From Octopus vulgaris (taxonomy: Eukaryota): a stretch of 64,000 nucleotides of DNA. The position numbers were made by a program, and so were the translations under genes. Location of the stretch: NCBI GenBank assembly GCA_951406725.2, contig OX597815.1, forward strand, positions 103,850,001 through 103,914,000. The letters are read 5' to 3'. How positions within the stretch are numbered: position 1 is the first letter of the stretch; each line of letters starts with the position of its first letter. Below the pieces are notes generated by a model that made no database searches, was not told the DNA's origin, and worked only from the letters and a program-made list of their open reading frames with translations. This document shows positions 1 through 14,216 of the stretch, piece by piece.

Positions 1-1280
1 CTTGACTGTTATGCCTGGGAGAGTGGCTTTTATTTCTTTGTCGGTTTGAACCGGCATATCCCAGATGATTGTGGCTTGATATGATAATTGTCTTGTATCT
101 TACTTGGCTCATGCTTATACCACCCGCTCTCAGTTTTGATGTTGTAATGTTGGCATATTGTCCAGTGGATATAACTGCTTACTTTGTCGTGTCTGTATGC
201 ATATTCTGAGTTGGAAAGGACCGTGCAGCCCGAGATGCATTTCGTGTTGAGGCCCGTTTTCATTGATTTGTTTTTATAATTGTTTGTAGTCAAGCATTGG
301 GTTTGTGCAGCGAAAATCAGTCCTTCCATTTCAGCTTTTAGTCTAGAGCTTTTGAGCCATTGTTGGTTTTTACTTAAACTCACTTCCTCTCTGTCAAGAC
401 TTTCAGGAAACTGGCCATGAAGTGATTTTTTTCTCCATTACAAAAGATACTTCTTCAGTATCTTTTGTAATTCAGTTTTCATGTTTTTTGTCTCTCTGAC
501 CATTTCTGCTTATGTTGTCATCTGAGGTCAGTGTGTCTGTGTAGTTTGCTTCTGTTTTGTATTTTGTCGCATCCTTCTGTATAGAGAAAAGCGTTTTTTT
601 TCTTTTCATGTTGCTTTGCGACATGCAGTAGTTTTCCCCTCTTTGTTTCTACGAATTTTGCTAGACCAACTGCTGTTATTTTATAGTAGTTTTATATCTG
701 TATCAGGCCACGGCTTCCTTCTGAGCGGGATAGATATATTCTGTTAACATTTGCTTTTGGGTGGTGACTTCGGTACGCTGCTAGTAGTTTTCTGGGTTTC
801 CTATCAAGGTTTCTCAATCCACTGATCTTCCAGTATATTGTGTTAAAGTTGTAATTTATGACTGGTATGACTAGCGTGTTTATCTCTATTATCTTATTTT
901 TTAGCATTACGTTCAGTGTTTAATATTAATCTAACTCTTCTGTAATGTTCTCCTTTCATTTCCGTGTGTTGTATTTTAGCTGTTTCTTCTGTTCCTAAAT
1001 ATTTGTATGGGCGGTTGTGGTCTAATTCTCTAATATCTGTGTTTTCAGTGCTAAATAATTTACCTCTTCTCAGTGTGATCCTAGCACATTTGTCCAGTTC
1101 TATGCTCATTCCGATGTCATTGCTGAAAGTCTGAACAATTTTCATAAGGTTTCTCTGTTCCATGGTGCTTTTAGCGTAAAGTTTTACATCATCCATGTAC
1201 AGGAGATTGTTTACTTTTTGTCCGTAGCACCTATAACCTATGGTGGTTTCGTTTAACAAGCTTGTTAGCGGGGTCAGATG
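1..1280 (-). mobile_element. Degenerate, 5'-truncated Dong/R4-like RLE non-LTR retrotransposon (RT C-terminal half, zinc knuckle/RLE region); runs off the window start
   Basis: Successive minus-strand frames give NNLLYMDDVKLYAK (YMDD at 1188-1199), ELDKCARI, YKYLG, HHPKANVNRIYLSRSEGSRGL, EGLIFAAQ and YRHDKV...WYKHEP. Frameshifts and stops are present. The 5' end abuts a short (TAA)n run at 1281-1292. Confidence 0.88.
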
Positions 1281-2599
1281 ATTATTATTATTTTATTCCC
1301 ATATCATGATTCATTTCAGAAAGAGAAATGCCTGGCATAAAGTTACGTACATATATGTATTTTTTTTAGTTTCAGCCGCACAACCATTTTTCTTCGCTTT
1401 GTAATCCTTCAAAGCTCGATAAACTAGTTTTTAATCTAGCGATGCTGCCCATTATATATTTTGGAAGACTGTAGTTTTGTGGCAATATAAGAAATCATTA
1501 TTATAGACACTAACACAACGACTGCTACTACAACAACCACTATTGGCAGTACCAATAATACAATTTATTTTTCTAATATATACGAAAACAACCACATTAA
1601 TCATGTGATTATTCTCAACTATATATGCACTGGTTTAACTACATATGGAACAAAATAGAAGAAAAAAGCTACTCCCTTCCCCATCTCAATGTTCAACTAT
1701 CATCTCCACTCCCACTGTTCAGATAGTCGACAACACATTATTTATTCGGAGACAATATGGTGCATTTAGGGTAGCGATTATGTCAAACTGGGGTAAATTT
1801 CTGCTCAACAGAGCAGAAAAATTAAACTGATCACAGCTGCAATATACAACTAATGGTTAAAGATTGTTGAATATCGATATTTCAACAGAAGAACATAGCA
1901 AGAGATGAATATAGTCTGGATAAATTATCTATCTACCTGTTTTGAAAGGATGAGGGAAGGTGTGCGGGTAGAGTTTGAAATCTGAACTATGTGAATTTGG
2001 CTTCTTTCCGAGAGTGAATCTTACTACAACCCTGGACATGATGATTACAAAATAAATGCCAAAGTTCTGTTAATCAATAAATAATCGATATTCTATTTTT
2101 TTCTTTTCTCCCATTCCAGAAATTTCTTTACATTTTTAAAGTATTTGAATTTACTTCTTTAAATGATTAGATATTATTTCAGTTTCTGTTATTATTATTT
2201 TCCTTTTTTGTCTAATGTTGTTCTTTCAATCAAAATCAAAATCCTCACAAAGAGGTGAATATATAGCAAAATAAAAGAAGGAACGAAGAAAAGACAGAGG
2301 ACGCAGGTGGGGTGGAGAGAACGAAGCAAATGTATGTGTACAATTGACTTTCTCAAAACAATGTATAAACAATCGACCGAGTTTGTAGAAAGATTGCATT
2401 ACTTTATTTTCTTATTCATTTCATATTTGCTTGTACTGTTTGATTTTAATTCATTTAGATTTAACTCACAATATAAGACGAAAACCGACATTTGTTTTAG
2501 TTTAGATATTTCCAGTACATTTCCATCTGGCGATCATCAGAATTACCATCTCAGATTGCGCTTCTCCGGCTGAAAGGGAATGGAAATACGCATACACAC

Positions 2600-2678
<79 letters not shown>

Positions 2679-3857
2679 TATGTGCACACATATATATATA
2701 CATATAAACACATACACCCGTTATATATTATATATACACATATGATGGGTGCATGTTTGTTTGTATATATATGTATATATAATGGGTAGGTGTGTTTGCA
2801 TGTATGTTTGTATGCATGTGTGAGTGTGTATGTGAGTGTGTTTGTGTGTGTGTGTATGTGTGTATGTATGTGTGTGTGTGTGTGTACATACTATTTAGAA
2901 ATTTTAAATTGACGTATTTAAAAAGAAAGAACCAGAATAAATAGGAAATATAACTTAACGTTATTTGGTCCTATAGTTCCTCTAATTCGTGCTCTCATCT
3001 CATAATTGTAGAAGTTTGGTTGGTTGAAGTCACAAAATGGCTAAGTAATGTTATTATTGATTGTTCTTGTTATTGTTTTCATCAGAACTCTTTAAATTAG
3101 GAACTCGTTTATCTCACTGGTATTAACATATCCTAACGAAGATATTTATTGTTGTCGCTGTTCTTGTTGCTTATATTGGTACAGATATATTTTGTGTTGT
3201 TTATTTTGTACTTACTAATGCTTCTTTATTTCTATTGTTGCTTAATCCTAGCTTGCTGCTGATGTTTTATTCCATTTATATTTGCAAATGATATTACAGT
3301 TGTTCTCGAGCTTCCGTAATTCGCTTGATGTATACTACTTTTAGCTTAATGTTGCCGTTCCTATAAGTAATTATTGCCTACAATTCATCTTGATATTCAG
3401 CCTAATCATATTGGTAATAATTTACTAACCAGATATTGCTTTCCATGCATTTTCCTTTGATAATGCTTCTGTCACTTTCGAATTATATTTTTAAAGGAAA
3501 TGTTTCTTTATGGGGAGTGCTTTTCTTGTTTCCTTTGCTCAAGTGGCCTTGTGTTTTTTGTGCTCTTTATTATATTCACAGTGGGTATTTGTTTGATATG
3601 ATAACATTTATTTAACTCGGCAACATTAAAAGTTCCATAGATGGCGTTGTTTTACTGCACAAGTTGTTTATGTTTATCGAAAACAATGCCGTTGCTGATT
3701 GTATTTCTTTTACTAACATTTTAATTTTATCTAACGAGATATATAAATTTGTAATGTTAGGGTCCTTATGCATTTAATTCCATATTGGGTCACCGCTTCA
3801 TCGGCTTTCTTCGTATAGATCAACAAAAGTTGTCATAATATTTAGCAAAATTTAACT

Positions 3858-3976
3858 TTGCCTCACTTTTTGTGGGTTCATACAAAAGTACCAATTGAAT
3901 ACCGGAATCGATGTAATAGATATACCTCTTATACCTCCTGTCTGAAATTGTTCGCCTTGTGCCAAAATTTGAAACT
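3858..3976 (+). mobile_element. 3' fragment of tRNA-type SINE family A
   Basis: Contains tttgcctc...atcgatgtaatag...gccttgtgccaaaatttgaaac, matching the tail of the copies at 8448 and 56040. Confidence 0.6.
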
Positions 3977-4108
3977 AATACTAGTCAAAATTGAATTTTA
4001 ACCACTTTATTTGTTTGTACCTATTTGTCTACAGTGAGAAATTTTTCTCACCACAGAATAGAGTGAATGGCTTTCTTACGGGTTCGAATATGCTTAAGTT
4101 TGTGTGTG

Positions 4109-4489
<381 letters not shown>

Positions 4490-4499
4490 GTATATGTAT

Positions 4500-5066
4500 A
4501 TAAACTGATGTCTATATGTCTACAATTATATAGTTTTTTTCTCTTTACTCGTCTTAAGTTTAGTTTACCCCGGCCCTCCTTGTGAAAAGAACTCCCATTT
4601 ATAAGCAATTTTGTCATACACATGCACACACATCACGTTGGTCTTACTATACTATTTGCTTTCTTTCATATTCATTTTTTGCTCTTATCACGTCGCTTAC
4701 ACGCTTTCTTACCACCAACCAACGCTTACACACACACTATCACCGCACAACCCCATTAACCTACGCCACTGCACACATCTACACGCATAAAAGCACTACA
4801 CTGAGCCACTCAGTTATGATTTCCTGATATGAATACACTCCCATAATTTCATATATACAACTGCTCTGTCCTCCTTTCTTAACTTCCCTCATAGAGCAGC
4901 ATGTCTTTCTAAATGATTATGTCTTTCTCTCTCTTACTTTTGTCTCATTCTTCTATCGACCTGAACGTTAAAGCGCTTTCTCTTTTCATCAAAGTGTTAA
5001 AATAGAGTCTTGCTTGCTCGACCTTGTTCATTACCCGTGATACGTTTTCGTCTGTATCCACCTCAT
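4500..5066 (+). mobile_element. Decayed PLE 3' region related to 5600-6322
   Basis: C/A-rich tract followed by ...gaacgttaaagcgctttctc..., which resembles gaaacgttaaagact in the HHR-bearing family. It begins at a TA-rich tract. Confidence 0.4.
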
Positions 5067-5093
5067 ATATATTATATTTGTACATATATATAT

Positions 5094-5270
5094 TGGTTTC
5101 AAAATTTGGCATATAGCCAACTTGTTTGAGGGAGGCAGTAAGTCGATTATAACAACGCCAGTGCTCCATAGATACGTATTTTATTGTTTCCGAAAGGATG
5201 AATGGCAAAAGTCCACCTCGGTGGAATTTGAGCTCAGAATATGACTAGGAAATGCCGCTAGACATGTTGC
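5094..5270 (-). mobile_element. SINE family A, degenerate
   Basis: Reverse complement of ...ctgagctcaaattccaccgaggtggacttttgccattcatcctttcgg... with the gccaaattttgaaacc tail. Confidence 0.7.
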
Positions 5271-6318
5271 CCCTACCTCTACAATACCACCATCCTCACA
5301 GACACCCATCATCGTCCTTATATCACTGACTCCTTTACCGGCACTTCTAGCAACGTCATTTATTGCATCACCTGCTATTTTTGCCCTTCTCTGTACATCG
5401 GGCAAACGGGACACCGCTTGGCTGACCGGTTCGCAGAGCACCTTTGAAATATTAGACTGGGCAATGACACCCCGGTCACGCGCCATTTCCGCTCTACCGG
5501 TCATTCATTACAACAACTGTCATATTTAGACTGTCTTTGCATAAGAGCCATCCGCACTCCCGTCTTCGCCGAGAACAGGAATTAGTCTTCCTTTGTGCTA
5601 CATGTGACTTCTCTCTCCTCTCTTTATCTGACACCTACTTCATCTTTTCACTCCTAGCCACCTTTCCTCTCCTCTCTTGTCCTGACACTTCCTCTTTTCA
5701 CTACTACTCACGCTCTCCCTTCATTGAAAACCCCTCCATCCACACCCCACACCCACTTCTCACTCCCACATACCCCACCCCTACCCCTATACCTGTAGCT
5801 CCTCCACCACATCATCACCCCACTCCACATCTTCAAACATTACCCACACCCTACCCTCTTATCACCACACCACCACACTACCGCATCACCACCCCACATC
5901 ACACCACCCCACACCACTTCACACATACTAGCACTGTCCACTTCCCAGCACCCACACCATCATCCACACACCCACACGTTACAGACGCATACACTTACGC
6001 ACATCCACACGCCTCTATCCACACTTACATACACACTCTCACGCCTACGCACGTGAATTTTCGTTTTGAGATCACCAGTGCTTTATCATCTCCCCTTCTT
6101 CCTAGCTCTCCTATCCAACTACCTTTTCCACTCCGTCGCCATTAATCCACAAGCTTTCTCTTTTTTTATTCTCTCTCTGTTTATTCCCTCGTGTTCCTTT
6201 CTGTTGAAGATCGTAGGCTCGAAATGTAAAAGACTTTCTCACCTTCCCGAGCATCAAACTAATACACCTTCTTGTTGTTTATACACCTGTCTTCGTTTTT
6301 TATTTTTCTGTAAATTTC

Positions 6319-6322
<4 letters not shown>
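5268..6322 (+). mobile_element. Penelope-like element 3' part (Neptune-like): GIY-YIG endonuclease pseudogene, C/A-rich region and HHR-bearing pseudo-LTR
   Basis: My translation from 5268: CPYLYNTT...DSFTGTSSNVIYCITCYFCPSLYIGQTGHRLADRFAEHL*NIRLGNDTPVTRHFRSTGHS, then SRLRREQELVF in another frame (VIY at about 5355, YIG at 5394). It ends at (TA)n at 6323. The ORF track misses it because there is no start codon. Confidence 0.88.
6196..6233 (+). ncRNA. Degenerate minimal type I hammerhead motif (CUGUUGA variant)
   Basis: cttt-CTGTTGA-agatcgtaggctc-GAAAT-GTA-aaag; stem II has a mismatch. Confidence 0.55.
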
Positions 6323-6363
<41 letters not shown>

Positions 6364-7311
6364 GGAAAACGTGATATATAGGCACTCTGAGTTGATCATC
6401 ATATCATGTAAACATAAAAGCAAAACCTCATTTCTGGAATTTGAAAACAACATTTTGAGTGGAAATAACATCAAGCGCCGTTAGCACATTACGAAGCCAG
6501 GAAGGAACACAAACAAATAAACCAAGCGACCAATATTTAGGATGCTATACGCGAAACCACCAGAAAAATTGAAAAGGTCACCCTAAGAAAGTATCATTTA
6601 TCAATTCATCAATAAACCGCAATAACTGATGGTTGTAGTGGCAGTAAAAGATGACCTATATCAGATGACTTCAGAATTCATTGAAGAGAACCATACCTTA
6701 AATGAGATCAAGCAAAAGAATAGACTACCCATATTTGACATCTGCTGAGTGAATAGCAAAATAAGTCCGACATCACCACACAACCATCCATCACTGTATA
6801 ACTACCATTCCTTCTTCTCTTTCCATCGCCTTCTCTTCCTTCCCAATAATACACACAGAAATACCCACCTAATCCAGTTAACCTTCATACAGGTCAGAAA
6901 GTTAAGCATCCCTCTGTTGCACACGCATTAATGTTATATCGTCTGCAGAAATGAATCCATGAAGATTATCAACCCGATGCCCACGGATACTAAGAACTAC
7001 ACTGTAATCATCCCAGGAATACGGACTGTGATGTTAAGAGACATGTGACATGTGGAAACACACGTAACGACGCATGAAATGTTTATAAATTCCATCCAAG
7101 GGTTAATGTTATTAGTCATATGATTATCCTACATTATATCGGTACAGCTCGATGCAACCCAAAAAAGGTGGCCGGCATAACGGAATAGGAGATTTATTTG
7201 CATATTCAAAACGTTTCCCGTAAACAAATTTAAAATACATATACAGTATATGTGTGCATATATATATTCTATTCTTCTATTCTCATGTATATATATATAT
7301 ATATATATATA

Positions 7312-7432
7312 TACCGGAGTAAACACATAAATGTGAAACAAGTTGGAAAAAAGAGTACTCAAATACCAGTGGTAGAGTAATATGCTTTATTTAAAGCAGT
7401 AGAAAATTCTAGCAAAAACTGTCCGATGAAAG
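7312..7432 (-). mobile_element. Short PLE-like terminal fragment inside (TA)n
   Basis: About 120 bp of non-repetitive sequence bounded by TA tracts, with aataaa on the minus strand. The family assignment is by analogy only. Confidence 0.35.
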
Positions 7433-7441
7433 ATATATATA

Positions 7442-7477
<36 letters not shown>

Positions 7478-7479
7478 TG

Positions 7480-7522
<43 letters not shown>

Positions 7523-8447
7523 TGAATGTGTAATCAGTCATCCTAGGATCAAAATTTACTAAAATTATATACAACTATTCCATATAAAGCAACTATATAT
7601 ATCACCAGGCGATTATACACTCGCACACACATATGCACACGCGCACATGCACACACACACACATACATGTGTGTGTGTGTTTATGTAAAGTGAAAGAGAG
7701 AAACAGTTGTCTGTTCGTATGTGTTTCTGTGTTGACTTTCTGAGATGTATTCGATAGCATCTATGATAATTAAATACATATGTGAATATGTGGTTTTTTT
7801 ATTAATGAGCACTATGATATTGGGTTAACTATCGTTTTAATAAAATTGAAATCAATATCAATTCCAATTGATTTTCATATCCACACTTGAAAGGAATCCA
7901 GAAAATAATGGTACTAAAAATATTTTGATAATAGAATTCAAATCCTTTATGTATTTTTGAAGGCATGTTTGATCAATATATACCTTACATAAACAATAAA
8001 GAAACAATTAGTGAATACCTTCTCATTAACTATTATAGTAATTTCGAAAGAACATTCAAATATTTCTCGGTTTCATTTTTGCATATAGAAGCATTAATTC
8101 TTTTTTTTTTATCTATAGTAGATGAATTTCTGGTTCTATTCTTAGATACAGAGATGAAATCAATTCATTCATCAACTTATAATGTCATATATCTGGTTTT
8201 ACTTGTTAAGTTATCTCATCCTCTTCATTTCTTTTGAGTTTAATTTGTATATTAGCCAAGAAGCACATGCAATTTTTGTTATTGACTGAAAATTAATTTC
8301 TCCCTAAACAGGTTTCCTAGAAAAACAGCTCTATGTTCTCCCATGTTACTTCTTTCTTCATTTGTATATTCTCATGTAAAAGATGTATATGAAAAACTGT
8401 AACGAAATACGTGAAAAATATCCGTTATGTACACTTGTTGGAATATT

Positions 8448-8654
8448 GTTTCAAATTTTGGCACAAGGCCAGAAAGTACGGAGTAGGTGGTGAGTTGATT
8501 TCATCGATCCTAGGGCTCAGCTGTTACTTATTTTACCGACTCCGAAATGATGAAAGGCAATGTCGACCGCGCCGGACTTTGAACTCAGAACGTATAGACT
8601 GATTAAATTCCGCTTAGCACAGGGTGCTAACGATTCTGCCAACACGCCATCTTA
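8448..8654 (-). mobile_element. SINE family A
   Basis: Reverse complement of the ggcgtgttggcagaatcgttagcac head, the gttctgagttcaaag B-box-like segment and the ggccttgtgccaaaatttgaaac tail. Confidence 0.8.
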
Positions 8655-11236
8655 CATTGATTAGAAAACTGAAAGTTAGTATGTAGCAGCAAACAATTTC
8701 TCGGAAATAGTGACAAAAGATAGATTATCACAACAATTGCAAACAATTTGTGGTGAAAATTATAATAAATGACAGAAAAAGGTTTGGGTTTTCAAGGAAT
8801 GTAAAAGTTCTAAGAGAAGTTGCTAGAAACAATTAGACCTTGTATGTTAATTAATTACTTTTGAACTAATTGTTCTTCGTCACGATAAGTGATAATTGTG
8901 TAATTTAGATTATGGCGATGTTTTTTTTTTTTTATTTTATGCAGATTTGCTTTATAGTAAATGTTTTAAGTGACCAATTATTGTTTCTGCCTCAATAATT
9001 TATGAGGTTATAAATTAAATACTAAGTCGAGGAAGCTATTATTCCAGGAAGATGATTAAGCCATATATAAGAGTCACGCGGTGCTAATTCGGAAATGAGA
9101 CATAAGGAAAAAGCAGATGAAATAATTTGTAAGTTTTTAGTGAGGAACTTTTTTACTTTAATGCTAAAACCAACCTTCTCATATCAATAAAGACAGCTTC
9201 GGTGATTTCTTGAAGTGAATCAAACAAGTAATGCAGGAATAGCAAAACTAGGTGTCAGCTATTGCGAAAAAGGCATTTTCTTTAAATAAACCAGCTTAAA
9301 ATCATTTGAAGTAACTTTTCGACTGGGAATGTCCACATAAAATGTCAGATACTTTTAATTTATCATCTAAATATTTGTCCAAACGAAAGTGCAGGTACTC
9401 GATCAACAATGTTTTTATATGATTAGATTTATCATCTGATTGAAACGGTATTTTCCCAGCAGAAAATATCAATTTCATACGCTTCATTATTGACTACTAA
9501 GTGATACAATTTTGGATAAAAGATCGATCGATTTGTAATATATATTTATACAAAATCTCAAATATCCCCAATAGCCTTCCTTCTGCAACGTTTCAGAAGA
9601 GTACTTCTGACGAATTACTATAGCTGAACTACTTCACGTATTGAACTTTTGTTCCAAATCTTACGGAAATGTACTCATGTTTGTAAGTAGTTCTGGATTA
9701 AGTAGAAAGGAGTGAATCAAATGTTAAACATCACAATATAAAATTCGTACAGATTGAATCAGAAATCAAGTATATCCTTCTGGGAGCTTTTCAGTCTCAC
9801 TTACTTAAGAATGAATAAAATTATTTGAGATAACTTGATATGAATCCGAAATATTCTCTTCTAGATGTAATTCAATGTATACGAAGTATTTTTGAATATA
9901 TTAAAGAAACATTCAAAACTAAAACTTCAATTTAAAATACGTCGAATTCTTTGGGCCGTCATTGAGATATATTGAGGTATGAGATTTCACAATAATTGAA
10001 GTTGCAATGATTTTTTCCTTATGTACATAGTAATAGATCTTATTTTGCAGAGAGATTCTAAATATATCGGATGTAAGTTTCAAAAGAAGACGAACAGAAT
10101 TAGTAGCGAAGAGATAACGATACAAGAGCGGGATATATGTAGGTTTGTGTATGCGTACGTTTTGAATGCCATAAGAAAAGGAATATTTTTATTGAAGCAT
10201 GGCATATTTGGTCCCTTGATAAGGATATCCTTCGCTTATATAAATGTATTAGTGTGTGTGTGTGTGTGTGTGCGCGTGCGTTTAAGTTAGCGAGCGAGTG
10301 AGTGAGTGAGTGAGTGAGTGAGTGAGTGTGTGTGTATGTGTGTGAGACACAGCAGGTTGTCTAAGGAAATGAGTTTGGTGTCATGCTTTTTAAATTTTCT
10401 AATTGAATTCATAAGGCGTTTAATACACGAAAAGCCAACGGTATGTGTTTGTGTGTGTGTGTAAATATATATATATGTATAAATTCATACATACATACAT
10501 ATATATATCTGAAGGATTAAAGTTAATCGAAAGGACTTACTAAGTATGTCTACCAGCTGGAAATAGCAGTCAAATCTCTTATTTAAATCGCCAAAATACA
10601 CTAATAATAATTCCAGAAATCAACCGTCCAAAGGCAAACGGGATAAGACAATCTCTCAGACAATCTCTCAGACAATCTCTCTGAAATGGAATAATAGCCT
10701 AACCTTCCTAAGTACGTGATACCATGACAGAGAGCCCCATCCGTATATATAGATATATATATATAAAATTAAATAAGAAGGGTAGAAATTGATGTTAATC
10801 AATTAAAATCAGTGTCTTAGCATATTTAAAAATCCGAAGATTAAAAATTGCGTTATATACAAAATGAAGAGGAATGACCACTAAAGTGGACACCCTATAT
10901 GCTAATCATAGACGTCAAATCGCTATTACCACGAAGAATGTATTCTCAAGAAAAAAAAAACTCCAAAATGTAAAAATGAGCAAGACAAATGAAAACATAC
11001 GAAATTAAAACGATTACCTACGCACCATTGGTATCACTTCTTAATATCTACGTATATAAACACGCAGATATCTGCAAGATCCTCAGAGTAGTATGTCGAT
11101 TACAAAAGACAATATCCAGAACTAGATACAGAACGCTCGACCAAAATCGAGCATGCATAAAGTTCTAGAAATTATATATGGGTGTGTTTTTTCAAATGCC
11201 TTCACTTTGGCGCGCTGATGTGAAAGTGACGTCGAC

Positions 11237-13590
11237 ATTAGTTTCGGATTACAACATAATAGAGCTGCCTATGTATGGACCAAAAGTATCCTAAAGGAAG
11301 CATCCAAATTCTCTCCGATCTGAACTTCCACAAAGCATACTGAAAATCAATCCAAAAAGAAATCCTCAAACAGGAATGGCCGAAATGTCTCCCCACATCA
11401 GGCATTAGCTTGAAACTAGAATATTTCATGTCTGATATGCAACCTATATGCTAGAAATATGTACCAGAGCACAAAAAGGAACAATATTCCAGAGGAGAGG
11501 AAGATCCTCATGAGATGACGGACGAAGGTTGCAAATTGCTTCAACCAAGATTCCAAAAGTAGTGAAAGCGCCCGCCTAAAAACAGCACTGACGGAGATTG
11601 AAAAAAAACCTGTAACACTCCTATGTGAGGGAGAGAGCAGACAAAGAAGCCAAGGTTTTAAAAAAACCATTAAGTCAAACCCAAAGGCCTTCTTTCATTA
11701 TGCCAAAGACACAGCTTCAGTACGCTGCAAAATAGGACCCCTCTTCGAGAAGGATGGCTTTCTCACAGATAGTCCAACCAGGATCAGTGAGGTACTGAAT
11801 AACCATTTCGAAAGTGTCTTTACCATACCGTTGGAACACAGACAAGTGATCGAACCAGTGGATTTTTTGCCGCCTCATCTATAACCAGGGAGGCAGTTAC
11901 GGTGGAATACATCGACATAAGCTGAAAAGATGTAATACTAGCCATAGGTGAGGTGGACGCAAACACAACTGCTGGTCCTGATGGTTTCCCAGCAATCCTC
12001 CTCAAATCGTGTAAACTTGACCTAGCGAAATCACTACAGATTCTGTTCCAGAGCTTTATTGCAAATGGCAAGCTGCCAAGCAAACTGAAGAAGGGAATAA
12101 TATGCCCAATCCATAAAGGAGGAAACAGAGCAGATGTCAAAAACAATAGGTCTATCTCTCTGATTTCATACATGAGCAAAGTCATGGAACGGATAGTCAT
12201 AGGGAAACTAATAGCATTCCTTGAAGAAAAAGACTTGCTGAGTGATACCCAGTATGGCTTTCGACCAGGTAGGTGCTGCCTGACCCAGATATTACAGCAC
12301 TATGACTGGGTGTTGAAGCAGTTACTCAACAACTCAAATGTGGAAGTAACACACCTTGACTTTGCAAAGGCTTTTGATACAGAGCATCATAGTATGATAT
12401 GCCACAAAAAGCGGGATCTCGGCATAGCTGGAAAACTAGGAGAGTGGTTACATGACTTTCTGAATGAAAGGAGTCAGGTAGTAGTGACCAATGGAGCTAC
12501 CTCAAGGAAAATACAAATAGTGAGCGGTGTTCCACAGGGCACTGTCTTGGGGCCACTGATTTTCATAGTGGCTCTCGCAGATATGCCCTCAGCTGCCCGG
12601 ATAGCCATCCTTGCTAGCTACGCAGACGATACGAAAGTCTCGCAGAAAATACAGAACCCCAGCAATGTTGCACACCTGCAGCAGCAGTTCGACTCAATTT
12701 ACAGATGGGCTAAAGTTATTAATATGCAGCTTAATGCTGAAAAATTCTAAGCCCTGCGTTACCAGCGTCCAAAACTGAATATGAAACTTACAGGGTACAC
12801 TGGTCCACGGGAGATTACAATCCCAGAGCCTAAATCAATTAGGAGCTGGGTATCGACATGAGTGATGATACTTCTTCTAAGTGCATATCACCAGGATGTC
12901 AACAAAGTGTAGACAAGTGGATGGATGGATCCTAAGAACGATCAGAGCCACAGAGAAGGAAACCATGATGGTCCTCTGGAGAGAATCTATCTTCAGCCTG
13001 CTGGATTACTGCTTCCAGCTATGGTCACCCAACAGCGTAAAATTAATAGCGGACCTTGAAGCAATCCAGCGAAGCTTCACAATGAAGATCGTCTCATTGT
13101 AACAGCTCAGCTATTGGGAATGGCTGAAACAGCTAAGACTCTATTCCTGGAGCGAAGGCAGGAGAGGTATGCAGTAATATAATCTGGAAGATTCTGGAAG
13201 GAATTGTGCCAAATTTTGGCATTGAAAGCTACAAAAATACCAGAACGGGTCGACACTGCAGAGTGACAAAGGTCCCAGCAATGCCATCGCGCTTCAGGAG
13301 CTGTTACTGCAACAGCCTCGGTTTCAAGGGCTCACAACCTTTTAATATTGTCTCAAAGAGCCTGAAGGACCTACACAAAGTGGATGTAGGTGTTTTCAAA
13401 TAAAAACTGGACGTCTTCCTGATGAGAATCCCAGATGAACCTACCTCGCGGGATGAAGTGCAAATGAGATTAGCGACATCAAACTCCCCTATTCACCAAA
13501 TGTCACATATTAGAAAAGGCTCTCAATAATAACAGTGTAGCAAAACGGCAGTGCCCCAGCATGGCCATAGATCTGAAGTGAAACTAGAAA
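11237..13590 (+). mobile_element. 5'-truncated CR1-group LINE with disrupted ORF2 (end of APE, RT, C-terminal region, 3' tail)
   Basis: Motifs SDYNIIEL, KSNPKAFFHYAK, AGPDGF, PIHKGG, QYGFRPGR, HLDFAKAFD, SGVPQGTVLGP, YADD (12619-12630) and LDYCFQLWSP. Several stops and frameshifts. Confidence 0.93.
11953..12750 (+). pseudogene. Reverse transcriptase core of the CR1-group LINE (longest open stretch, 265 aa)
   Basis: ORF track translation carries the RT motifs through YADD. Bounded by premature stops. Confidence 0.9.
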
Positions 13591-13637
13591 TATATATACG
13601 TATGTATATATATATATATATATGTGTGTGTGTATGT

Positions 13638-13710
<73 letters not shown>

Positions 13711-14124
13711 AATACTTATATATGTATATATATGAAATATTCTATAATTATATACATAATTATAATAAGGGATCGGCTATACGCTTCACCACGCACCGTA
13801 GATATAGACGTCAAAGCCCCAATTACCACCTTAAAAGCACTATATTGTAGGCGAGCAAAAGAAAAATAATGAATCAACAATTTTAGGATCCTGTTTCAAG
13901 CTTAAATTTTAAAATATTTACCTATTGCTATCATCATCATGGTATTCGATAGCGTAAATTTACGAGTATCTCAAAATATTCGTGCGCTTAATCAATATCA
14001 GTCCACACTCGTAAAAATATACTGCAAACCAGAATTCACATCCTTCTTTTATACCCACGTGTATATACTCATATATATATATCTATATACATACATGCGT
14101 ATATATCTAACAATCTATATATAT

Positions 14125-14213
<89 letters not shown>
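14125..14213. repeat. (TAGA)n microsatellite
   Basis: Read directly. Similar tracts at 27708-27791, 32886-32950 and 46938-47013. Confidence 0.95.

Positions 14214-14216
<3 letters not shown>

Noticed and set aside
6939-7070. HHR candidate ucgu-CUGCAGA...GAAAC-acac-GUA-acga
   Set aside because: Stem I pairs, but the core is altered and stem II does not close. At best a relic.
9300-9900. Possible ancient RT fragment (NGIFPAE...)
   Set aside because: Only one weak motif and many stops; cannot be supported without a profile search.
10509-10545. HHR candidate ctgaag-gattaa-ag-ttaatc-gaaa
   Set aside because: The core lacks A9 and there is no stem I partner.
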